A DNA stretch of 62,591 nt, the filler included, from Sphacelaria rigidula (taxonomy: Eukaryota), in NCBI GenBank assembly GCA_964200075.2. It is 7 parts of 7 records of this genome, joined end to end, with 100 filler letters (N's around TTAATTAATTAA, not from the genome) between each part and the next. Parts side by side here need not be neighbours in the genome. Positions count along the whole stretch, not along the records: positions 35,826 to 44,681 come from CAXNAA020009927.1; positions 44,782 to 53,636 come from CAXNAA020009928.1; 5 more parts are not named here. One strand, written 5' to 3'. This document shows positions 38,967 through 49,920 of the stretch, piece after piece. The notes beneath the pieces are model-generated. The model was not told the DNA's origin and did not search any database. It worked only from the letters and a program-made list of their open reading frames with translations. Positions within the stretch are counted from its first letter, which is position 1; every line of letters begins with the position of its first letter. Both the position numbers and the translations under genes were made by a program.

Positions 38967-39329
38967 ATGATGTCCACGAAGGACGTACCAGAGGGCGACA
39001 CCACAGCGGCAAAAATAGATATTCCAATTCTAAAGTACGATGACCCAGTCCTGGCTCGACCTCGCCCAGGATTCGATATGGAATTGGGTCACGACTCCCT
39101 TCCGCAATATGTCGCTCTCTACTCTTCTAATGAGGAGCGCCAGCAACCGCAAAAACACCAGTTTGAAACGGGCCGTGTTGCGGGAACCGAAAACTGTGGC
39201 GCACCACCAATAGGGGTGAAGTGCAGAAGGCCACGCGGCGGGCATTTGACGGATGAAACTTTGGCAGTGCTCAAGGCCATCATTCCCAACAAGGAGTGGA
39301 GAAATGAGGAGGGAGATTGGGTACAAACG
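38967..39329 (+). CDS. DNALI1: Axonemal dynein light chain p28 (DNALI1/IDA4)-like, exon 1 of 5; model 38967-39329, 39939-40088, 40299-40390, 40693-40842, 41182-41353 = 308 aa
   Basis: LKYDDPVL and VLKAIIPNKEWRNEEGDWVQT match the p28 motifs LKYDxPVL and ILNAILPPREW...W. GT donor at 39330. Confidence 0.85.
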
Positions 39330-39938
39330 GTGGGAACCAGGGAGTAGACGCTGTACAGGGATGCACTGACGCGCCGGTTTCTCAAGTATGATTGTTCCCT
39401 CTCCATAGGAACGCAGGGGTCTCATACCACTCGAGTTCATGCAGACATGCTAAACTGTATATGGCGCATGTCGCATTGGGATACATTGAGCACTGCCGAA
39501 CCATCGATGTATTCAGTGTGGCTGCATATGGTGCATGCCATGTTGTGATACGTTGAGCACTGCCGAATTATCTATATATTCAGTGTAGGTCGGTGTTGTC
39601 AGTCTCACAAAACACTCAACATTCGAGTGATATATAGCATGTAGTTCCTCTCATAACACTATCCTTGCTGCAGGTGCCGGCTTTGTTTTGCCCACCGTGA
39701 CCACCAACCCTTTGACTCGTACACATAAATCAGAACGTTCGATCGTATTGAGAAACGCCTCTCTCGTATTATGGGGCATCGTTAACAGTGTTGCCTAACG
39801 ATTGGACATGAAGGGAAACCAGGACTTCCTGTGACGAAGATCCGTCAATTAACCGCGGCTTACCCAGCGCCTGCCCAAGAGTGCCGATCCACCGTTGCAG
39901 AAAACAGAACTGTGTGCGCCGCCGATACGCTATTTCAG

Positions 39939-40088
39939 GTCTCCAGCGCGGAGTGGAGTAGGGCGGAGCTAGAGTCTCTGCAGGCTAATGTAGACGACAG
40001 GCTCGCTAGCCTACAAGCACGATCGGGAGCGATTTGTACCGTCCGTGAGCAAGTATTCTCTGAGCTGTATGACGAAGTCATCCGACAG
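39939..40088 (+). CDS. DNALI1: p28/DNALI1-like exon 2
   Basis: VSSAEWSRAELESLQANVDDRLASLQARSGAICTVREQVFSELYDEVIRQ; AG/GT bounded, phase 0-0. Confidence 0.9.
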
Positions 40089-40298
40089 GTGAGACTATCC
40101 CGTGCAAGGTGAAATATTAATATGACTATGTTTCATCGTGCCGTACTGTACTTGCTTTGATATATATATTTGTGTCCTAGTGTGAGAATATCGAAAAGCA
40201 AGGCGAGGCATTAGTATTGATGGAAAATTTCAGCAGGAGACATGCGCACCGTATTTTTTGCATTGGTCTCACCGTGTGCTCGCCCCGATTGCGCACAG

Positions 40299-40390
40299 AT
40301 AACGCTTGAGTGCCCCGAGAGGGGACTTTTGCTGCTACGGCTACGGGACGAGGCGCGCATGAATCTCGAGACTTACACGGAAATATATCG
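40299..40390 (+). CDS. DNALI1: p28/DNALI1-like exon 3
   Basis: ITLECPERGLLLLRLRDEARMNLETYTEIY, the hallmark ERGLLLLR motif; phase 0-2. Confidence 0.9.
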
Positions 40391-40692
40391 GTAAATGCTC
40401 CGCCATTCGTTTTTTTACTCACACCTTCCCCTTCGGTTTTACTGCTGTAAGCCCTTCCCTCTCTCAGCGGCATCACCACGTATTTTAACTCGCAAGAGGA
40501 ATCTGACACCAGGCAAGGTACTGCCTCACGTTCGGCAACGGGACAGCAAGGTCTTGGAAGCAACGATATATCAGTGTCGGCCAGCCTTTCAGATGGTCAA
40601 TAAAAACCCATCTGAATAATGGTTACTTGCTGAGTAAAGAAATGATTATGGCTACTGAGAACTCGTCCTATGCATGTGTGTTGAAATTGCAG

Positions 40693-40842
40693 AGACAGCG
40701 TCGCTTTTTCTAGGAGAAAGGCCGAAGGTTCAAAGGAGAATCTAGAAAGCGCCCGATCGAAGCTCGCGGAACTAAGTGATCAGACTGCCAGCCTTCAAGC
40801 ACAAGTCAGGTCACTCGAGGCCGAGCTAGATGTGGCGAACAG
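40693..40842 (+). CDS. DNALI1: p28/DNALI1-like exon 4
   Basis: (R)DSVAFSRRKAEGSKENLESARSKLAEL... matches SSVAFGMRKA plus coiled coil; phase 2-2. Confidence 0.85.
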
Positions 40843-41181
40843 GTTCGCACCTCAGGGCTTTGAAGTCAACGACTGCCTCAGTCCAGAGGCGGCCTCATAT
40901 CGGGTACCGCTATGGCTCAAAGTAATCGTGAAGATGTGATGACGATTTTCTCATGATGGCATACGAATAAATCCAGTCTGACGGAACCATTCGTAGTGCG
41001 ATGCCAAAATAGCCAAATCATACTTGAAGTCGTTTTAAAGATAGCCGAGACCTATAAATCGTCACAGGATACAATTCCAACCCCCTTTGCCGGGGTCGTT
41101 GCAACTCAAACTGTCTCGTGTTCAGTTGCTCTCCTCCTGTCGACGCTTTCCATATTTGTACCCCCAACGTACCGCTCACAG

Positions 41182-41353
41182 AAGCAACGCTTATTCCAAA
41201 GCGATCACAGGCCAAATGTACGCAAACAAACTCAAGATCATGCGGGCAGAACAAAAGGCGCTGGAATCGGCGATCGTCAAGTGCCAGGAATCGGCGATCA
41301 GCAAGTTCCAGAAGAAAGCTTGGGAAGCAGCGGCTACGTCTTCCCCGTCTTGA
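41182..41353 (+). CDS. DNALI1: p28/DNALI1-like exon 5 (terminal)
   Basis: Phase-compatible coiled-coil exon ...KLKIMRAEQKALESAI... ending in TGA. Confidence 0.7.
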
Positions 41354-41795
41354 GCCCGACGGAGACAGAAATCCTCGGTGGACGCATACGATTTGTTTCT
41401 GGCATTTAGTTGTTGTGCTCTTACGGTGATCCACGGCGGAGTCTTGGGCGGATGTAAACAAACGACGTGATGAGTTAAGCATCACGTCGAATAAAAGTCC
41501 ACGCTTGTTCACGTAAGCGACATAGGTAGAGCTGGAGCAGGGTAGGGACTTCAACTCCGGCGAAATTTGTCATGCTGAGGGGAAGGAAGAAGATTGCAAC
41601 CCGATCTAGTAAAATCTATTGTGTTCTACCAATAAAAAACCTACTACGCTGGCAGAAAACGAGAGATTCCCGGAAGTGTCTTCATATTAGGGCCATGAGA
41701 GTGCCTGCTAGTAGTGACCCCTAGTTGCTAATCTCTACGTCAGCACTTCGAAGCAGATATCCAGCGGGGCTGCCTGCGCGAATTACCTTCCCTGC

Positions 41796-41802
41796 AGTAG
41801 TA

Positions 41803-41856
<54 letters not shown>

Positions 41857-41882
41857 TATTAGGAGTAGTGATAATAGTAGCA
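41796..41882. repeat. (TAG)n microsatellite
   Basis: Long agtagtagt tract. Confidence 0.95.
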
Positions 41883-42059
41883 GCTGTTGATGTTGGTTTA
41901 TGTATTTTGAGGGTGTTGTCGTTGATTGGCAGTGTGACGACCCTGGTGATACTGCGTGCAATGTAAAGCTTCGTACATTTGTGTGCTTATTATTATTATC
42001 AAGGAACAATTGAGAGAGAGTTTTCACACCTCTTACGATAATTATCATCTGATGGTGGT

Positions 42060-42490
42060 CGGGTAAGGGTACGTGCCCTGGCGTGATCTGGGTTTTCAGG
42101 ATATTTAGAGCACCCAGTACTCCTAGGGTATGCGCGTTTACTACCAACAATACGCAGTATTCCAGGGTACCCAAAATTCGGCCAATCGAAAATATTCGCT
42201 GTTCTAGGATACTCCGAGTATCGACAACCAAAAACCCTCGGTATTACGAAGTACCCAGGATATTTATAGTCGAAAATATTGAGTACTATCGGGTTCCTCG
42301 GGTATTTGCTCCTCAAAATACCCAGAGTTTCAACTGGAGTATAGAGTGTACGTACTAAGTACACCGACTGCCCAAAAAGCTCGGTGTTCTAAGGTACCCA
42401 GGGCATGGAGTGTCAAAAATACTCAGTATTCCAAAGTACCCAGGGTATCGACACCCCCAAATACTCAGTGTTCCAGGGTATATAATACAT
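42060..42490. repeat. Degenerate minisatellite/subterminal repeat (gtacccagggtat, tactcagtatt motifs)
   Basis: Many recurring short GGGTAC/TACCC units. Confidence 0.6.
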
Positions 42491-43989
42491 ACCCATTGTT
42501 GGACATTAATCTGTACTGAAAAGCTAATTAACAATGTGGGGTTCAGAATCTCGTTACCTGCACGACAGCAAGTTTCTTGATTGTATTCTCACTTTACATG
42601 TATTACTGTTTTATGTTCGAAAAAACATTTCGAGACATAAGTAAAGCGAATGGGTTCCAGCGTTTCTCCGTCACCCCGATTACATGTATCGATGACCTTT
42701 GATGTATTGACACCTACAGAAGTACAGTATACGAAATGTTATGTGCGTCGTATCTCTATATAGATAACGAAATAGGTGAAGGTGAGGGTACCGATTGTTT
42801 TCTCGTGCTCCACGGAATGTTCACACCAAAACTCGCCATCGTCCGCTATACGTATCGTTCGGGGCTCCATAAAGACGATAGTATGAGCCCTATCTCCGTA
42901 CGGTACAGTGATTATACTCGACATGGCGTTTATTTAATGAGGAAATAATGGCCCAGGCTTTTCACCACGGAGCATCTCCCTCTTGACTAGACGATGAATA
43001 AGATAACACTCGCGGCCATTCAGCTACCCTCGAAAATCCTCCAGAGGATTTCCCAAACGTCTCCAACATGCCGTTCTTTTTGAAAACCCCTACTTGATCT
43101 TGGGCATTCGCAGTCCTCTAGAGGGTTTTCAACATCGGAGTCTCTCTCTAAAACGTTTTCAACATCGGAGTTTTCCTCGAGGGTTTGTGTAAACATGACA
43201 CTTTCTACGACAGCCCCCCCCCGGAAACCAGCTCAAAAGTGTCACGAAAAGAATGGCCGTACAGCGCCTGATGTTTGGGTTCAGGCTGCATGAACCACCT
43301 CATATTGGCAACATTGGCTATATTCAAATCCTCTAGATTGTTCCAGACTGCACCCATACTGTGGAAATCCCATACTGGTTATAGTATATATGGGATTTGT
43401 ATAGCAGAGACTGTTCGAAAATCCTCGTTTTGCCCGCCAATTTATTCAAATTGGTGGAAAGAAGAACTCTCCAACAGCCTCTGTTGTTTGTTGTTGTCTT
43501 CACGTCGAAAACCGTTCCGATATCTGCGCGGTACATCCGTACTGGGCAACTGATGCGGACGCCTTCCGTGGTCACAGGCTAGCTTCTTATCATGAGGTAT
43601 GAGGAAAACAAACAAAATATATAAATAGACCCAGAAAAAGAAACACAGACGCGATACAAGCAAAACGGGAATAAATGATGAAGAAAGAGAAAAAATATAA
43701 CCAGGCAAAAAAATCCGATGCCGCGGATGGCTATTCGGACTTCAGGGGGCGGCGCCCGACTTTCCCACTCGACGTGCGAGGCCAAGTAAATTTGGACATA
43801 GGGTCAGCCTACGGGCCAAACTCAAGTCTCGAAGACCACCAACCAAAGAACTAAGAATCGCAAGGTTCGATCCCTCGACCTCCCGAGGGACAGCCATATG
43901 TACAAGCATACCAGGCATATCAAGACAAGCACCGCATGACATAGCGACACCCCTCATCGGGGGAGTTCACCCCCACCCCCCCTTCGCTG

Positions 43990-44681
43990 GACCGTCGTCA
44001 TTGCTGTGTTGGTTTTGCTGGTGTCCCGTCTAATCGCACGCAGTCGGCTGGCCTCCTCTTCGTTTTGTGCCATGAGGTAATGAAACTCTCCGCTCCCTGT
44101 AGCACTCCCGCGTGCCACGGTATCCTCTCCTCCTTATTCACTGCTGAGGGCCAGAGGACGCGCTCAATTCCGAAGTCTGATGGTCGTCGTCCGTAGAGCC
44201 GCCTGTGGCTCCGAAAGCTTGGAGATAGTCTCTCAGGCACTTTAGACAGTCTTGTTCCGGGCACCCTGGTCCTGGATCCTCCCCCACCACCAGTGTTCCG
44301 AACGGTATTCACTTCGGTAGCCATCCGTCCGGTTGTCTAGCCAGGGCTCCCGTGAATAACAGTCGCCGTTGCCGGACGATGGCTTCGGCACTTTGGCATC
44401 CGATCGTCTTGAGGGCCTGTGTATACCCGATGACTCGCAGGAAGAGCCTATCGTGTATTTTTCTCAGTAAGCCGTAGTGTTCGCGGCGCGGGGCCCACGC
44501 CATTCATTTGTACAGTTGGGTCTTCATCGCCTCCGCTTTCAGCAGTCGGACCTTGAGTCTCCACAGTGCTTTCGGTCGGTCAATGAGCTCCCGGGAGAAC
44601 TTCCTGATGCACGCCTACGCTGCTCTGCTCCGATTGTTGATTTCTTGCTTGAGCTCGCCCTCTTCGTTGACGAGCCCGCCC
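43990..44681 (-). mobile_element. RTE LINE 3' fragment, decayed
   Basis: GELKQEINNRSRAA, LKVRLLKAE and IVRQRRLLFTGALARQPDGWLPK; truncated by the contig end. Confidence 0.82.
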
Positions 44682-44781
44682 NNNNNNNNNNNNNNNNNNN
44701 NNNNNNNNNNNNNNNNNNNNNNNNNTTAATTAATTAANNNNNNNNNNNNNNNNNNNNNNNNNNNNNNNNNNNNNNNNNNNN
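44682..44781. other. Artificial contig linker
   Basis: 44 N + TTAATTAATTAA + 44 N. Confidence 0.99.
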
Positions 44782-47690
44782 GTTCCCCACGGCACCGGCC
44801 ACGCCGAGGACCTGCTGCTTTTTGCATCCAAATACAACTGTGATTTTGATGCCCTCATTGAAACCCGGCGCGGTGGGCGAACAACCTTCCACGCACCGGC
44901 AGCAGGGGACATCATTCTCTGCAGCGGCCACTGCCATAGAGACGGGGGTAAACCGGGAATGCGCGGAGTCCGCCTCGCCATTCAGGAGCCTATCGCCAGC
45001 ACGCTGGGCCCAGAAGCCATCGCTCCCGAACGCGGGAGTGCTGGGATCCTCAAAGTACGAGTTGCTTTCAGGGATAGAGTTGCAACAACCTTCATCGTAA
45101 GGTATGCTTCTACTGAGACAGCACAAGGTTCTCAAAAGACCAAGTTCTGGAAAACCATGGATGGTTCGATCGCTGAAGCGCTCATCAACGAGCACCCAGT
45201 ACTCATGATGGATGTCAATGCTCATACCGGAAAAGGAGAAGGAGGAGGCATGGATGACGTTCGGGTATTGGGAGAATATGGAAGAGACGCCCGGAATGAT
45301 GACGGTATGCGCCTACTGAAATGCGATGCGGAAAATAAAATAGCCATCACCAACACATTTTGTCGCACACCACTGCGCGGGGAACGCTCGACCACATACA
45401 CATATACGGGGCCGAAGGCCGAACACCGCTGGCGCCTGGACTACATCCTAGTACGTCAGCAAAACCACAGACGCGTCCAAAATATCACTGTGCACCCCGA
45501 GATGAAGTCGTACCATCGTCTGGTCCCAGTCACCATCCGTCTCCTCGGACGCAACGCTCTCAACCGCCAACCGAAACCGAGAGGCAGGGATAGGGGAGTG
45601 CGTTTCGACAGTAACGCCCTCGCACCCGACCGACGCTGGAGAGCGACTGTTTCACAGGCCATTGTCACGAAGCTCCCGAATGTCACAGGTTTGCCCGCAG
45701 AAATGGACGTCAACGACATGGCATTTACCTTCCCCGACGCCCTGCGACAGACGGCCGCAGATATACTCCCTAGATGCCCCAAGAAACCCCATCTAGAGGT
45801 TTCAGTGAGTCAACTCAAGCTCAGGTTCGTCTCCTAAGGGCGTAGGATCTCAGGGAAGGTGTATGAATTAATCTGCGAGCAAACCCGAACGACGCTGTCC
45901 TGAAGAAGGAGCTGAAGGCAACGGACAATGCATTTAAACGGGAAAGGATGCTGAGCTGCAGAACATCGTCCACGAGATCACAGTCCGAACCGCGGAGTTT
46001 GTTCGCAAGAAGGATCAAGCAGGACTGTACCAGCAAATTAAGTCCTTGGATCTGAAAGGAAAAAAACAGAGCGACTCAACCTTCATCAAGGGCGCGACTG
46101 GCGAGCTGTTGCGGGACAAGCAAGCTATCCTTCAGCGATGAAAGGAATGGTTCGAGACACTGCTGAATGCAACCTCGCCTACGATCGACCCCTCTTTCAT
46201 CCATCTCATCGAACAGGTGCCGGAGCACGCACCGCTCGCGGCGGAGCGCTCGATGGCAGAAGTGAAGGAAGCGGTGGGCAAGCTAGCAAACGGCAAGGCC
46301 ATTGGGACGGGCAACATCTGTAGCGAAGTTTTGAAGCTCGGTCGCACCGAAGACTCTGCCATCCTCAAGTGTCTCCGCAAGATCGTGCTCACCGTGTGGC
46401 GTCAGAAAGTAGTGCCGCAGGAGTGAAAAGACACCATCATCAAGGTGCTTTTCAAGAAACAGGACTCGCACAAATGCGGCCACTACTGCGGTATTTTTCT
46501 CGGGTCCCACGCGGGCAAGGTGATACTCAAGATAGTCGCGACTCGCCCTGTCGCTTATTGCCAGTGGAAGGGAACCCTCCCAGAAGCACACCATGATTTC
46601 CGACCTGGCCGGTCCACAGTCGACATGATGTTCGTTGGTGCGCAGGCTCCAAGAACTGGCCAGAGAGAAGAATCTTCCTTTGAACATGCGCTCCATCAAC
46701 CTCCGAAAGGCATAGGACTCAGTGGACCGCTCTCTTCGCTGGAAAGTTCCAGCACGCTACGGTATCCCCGCCAAGGTATTTTCCATCATCCGCCAATTCC
46801 ACGACGGCATGCGGGCATGCGTACGCCTGAACAGCGGCGAGACGTCTGAGTGGTTTAACCTTAACCAGGGCCTTCGCCAAAGGTGTGTGCTTTCTCCCGG
46901 TCTGTTCAACATCTTTTTCGCGGCGGTACTGACAGTAACGTTCGACCGCTTCTCGATCAACAAACCGGCGGGGCTAGACTTCATCCGCATCGCTGAGAGG
47001 GGCGGGAAGACCAGGAAAGAACTCAGCAAAGTGCTCTGGGCTATGCTCTACGCCAACGACTCTGGCATCGCTTCGCGGTCGCGGGTAAACCTGGCAAAGA
47101 TGATGACGGCCGCCGTCGAAGAATGTGCGGCATTCGGTATAGTCGCGGAAAACAAGGTCACTATGCACATGCATTCCCCTAACATGGGGGCGGGTACGAT
47201 CGAGTTGGGGGCAGCAGGCCGAAGATACAAGCAAGTTAAGTCGTTCCTCCACCTTAGCGGGAAAATCAGCAGCATCGGTGATGTCGCTCCGGAGATCCAC
47301 AGCCGCATTGGCCAGGCCTGGACGTGCTTTAACAAGTACAGCAGAACGGTGTACGACAACCCGTGCATCGCCCTCGCCACCAAGGCTCGTCCCCTGACAA
47401 CTGAAGGGGTCGAGGTAGTGCTGTACGGCTACGTGACCTGGACGATTGCACACGACATTTTCGGCGCGTTACGGGAGGCCTATCAAGGACTCCTGCTGAG
47501 GTGCCTCAATAAACACACCTCGAACCGCAGCGCCCCTGACCACCACATGCTGCCATACCACGAGGTCCTCGAACGAACTAGCTGCGAGTGCATTGAGGCC
47601 ACAGTGATGAAGCGACCACTCCTACACGCCGGCCAGCAAGGTGCCAACAACACTGCATCACGGACTACTGTGTGTACTTGGGAATAAATA
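44782..47690 (+). mobile_element. RTE-clade LINE (AP endonuclease + RT), decayed
   Basis: APE motifs MDVNAHTG, ITNTF and RLDYILVR..SYHRLV. RT motifs [28 protein letters not shown] and LYAND. Several stops and frameshifts. Confidence 0.92.
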
Positions 47691-48194
47691 AGACGTCGTG
47701 GACGAAGGTTGCCCAAGATGTGTCCAAATAGTCCCGAGTTATAGAGGAGGGGGCTAACATGTACACGGCAGCCTGGAACAAAGCAAACCACGCTAAGGAG
47801 CTTTTCCTGTGCCACCGCTAGAGCCCCCCAAGTGCCTACCGAGGACCTCCAAAAAGTAAGCAGTAGCCCATCGGGTAATACACTCACTGATACATCTGCG
47901 GGCTTTTTTCCGAACAGCTGTGGTAGTGGTCTATGAGGGTGCCTGGGGTTGTTTGTTTCGTTGCCCCCTGCTCGGTGGCCTTGCTTACGCCATTGTGTCA
48001 TCTGTATTTTCTTGCCTCTTCTTTTCTTTCCCTTTGCTGTCGGTGTGCTTTTCTGAGCAGACTTGATGGGTTTTTCTTTTCTCTTTTCACCCCGTTGATG
48101 TCGGAGAAGCTATTCCTCATGTTTTCCTTGGCATCTCTCTTCTCTTCGTCATTTTGGTAACATTTTTAGTCGATTGCATTTGTTCTTGTAATTA

Positions 48195-48355
48195 GGCTCT
48201 AGTCTCAAAAAAATGATGGAGGAGTCTATGCTTTGTAAGGAATAGCAGGGACGGTATTGGAAAGACGAGCCCACGTCTGTGACGATGGGTTCGGGAGATC
48301 GGGCTAATGTGCGGAAGAAATGAAAAAAAACACGAAAATAACAATAATAATAATG
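48195..48355 (+). repeat. Retroposon 3' end with (TAA)n tail
   Basis: gggacggtattggaaagacgagcc...gatcgggctaatg...aataataat; second copy at ~57180-57327. Confidence 0.7.
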
Positions 48356-49594
48356 CGGTACATTTTCTTTTTCTTTCATTCAGCGGTCGTACCGATTGTT
48401 CCCGGATTGATCTGTGGTTCACAGCGATATGCTCAAGTCGCTCTGATTTGGAAAACTTGAGAAGTTGTCGTGTGGAAAGCGAATGTGGGATTTACTGCGG
48501 GCCCAAGTGGTACTGCTGGAACCCGGGATTTTCCACCAACGTACCGATGGGTTCGATGTGGTCCACTGTTTGGATAGGGAACGCAAATTCTGTCCACTTA
48601 GCGCAAATCTGACAGTCGTAACGACGACAATGAGGAAAGGCGGACGGTTCTTGCAACGAGTACGCCATTGTCATTTCAACAAATGGCCGACACAGTCTGA
48701 AATAGTGCCTTCATGAAAATTGTATAGGAATTGATCGGTTTCGTCTGGGGAGGTTTGCGTGAAGAGTTCTCCGCGTACACGTTTTCAATGCTTTGGTTTG
48801 GAGGTCGTTCACTTTAAGTTTTGATTCGGTTTTGATGTAGCTTGCCGACGCTGAGGGGTCCCAGGTGTATTCCTGCGACTTCTGGGGGCTCCGGTGCACC
48901 CTACGTTGGAATCTCGAACATTGACCCTTCGCGGAGCTGATTGAAGACCAAACACGAACGACTTCTGGAACTGAACAAGAAGGCGTTTCCTTCAGCATAT
49001 CCCCCCGGAGGGACTTCACATGATTTGTGTCGGGTCTTTGCGCCCGAACCAGCTCGCGCCAGGAATTTCCACTGCCGGAAAAAAACAATCTTTTTGGGCA
49101 CGGAAGGAGCGCAAGCCACAACGCGACCGAAACATCGACACTGTAGCCTCACGAGTTGACGTGGCCAACCGTAGAGTGAAAGCTGCAGGAAGGCTCGGTG
49201 CTGCTTTGCTGTACATGGCGTACCTGCGAAGACGGTGAACTGGCCCTTGAACGGACACTTCCTGAAGAACAGATCGAACACAGCCTGGACAGTGCTCCGG
49301 ATGAAGTTGAGTGAAGTGCGCACGACGTACAACGAAACGAACGAAATCAGTTAGCATCACGAAGGCGGAGGACGCACAAGAAGACCAATACATGAGGCGA
49401 GTTTTCATGGGGCGCTACAGCACAGCACAATTTTACATTAGACTACATCATAGCAGCTGGTCTGGTGCTTGCATATATACCAAGGTCTGCCGCTCCTGTT
49501 ACAAGGAGACACTCAAGAACGAGGTCCACCCTTGTGGCAACCGCAAAAAAAAAAGGACGGCCCTCGCTGCTGTGTTTCCAGTCACTACCGCCGC

Positions 49595-49920
49595 GCCCCG
49601 GTGGTGTAATGGTCCGACTTTCGCCATTAGGGTGGAGAGAACGAGGGTTCGATTCCCGATGTGTCGAGTTTTTTCTTCGTAGTCTGTTATTTCCACCGTG
49701 GAAAGCGTGAGAACGTGAGTAAACGAAGTAGTCGACTGAGTTTGTTTGACGTGAGCTGACGCGGTGCGGGAGTGCTGATAGTCATGATCCAATCCGCGAG
49801 ACCAAAATGCAAGGCGTGTACCGGGCAGAGACGGATTGATCCTTTGAGACCACGGACTCGTCTCGGGGAAGGGGAGGGGTTCAAAGTGCGAGAATAAGTA
49901 AGCAAATAATAAATAATAAT
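49595..49920 (+). mobile_element. tRNA-derived SINE, full length
   Basis: A box TGGTGTAATGG, B box GGTTCGATTCC, ~325 bp, AT-rich tail. Partial copies at ~25795-26060, 50933-51010, 51880-51960, 57400-57540 and 57900-57990. Confidence 0.82.

Noticed and set aside
39460..39590. ~65-bp tandem duplication in p28 intron 1
   Set aside because: Ordinary diverged intronic duplication with no coding or structural signal.
40468..40517. Extra p28 exon
   Set aside because: Including it breaks phase; exon 3 joins 40693 directly and restores the SVAF motif.
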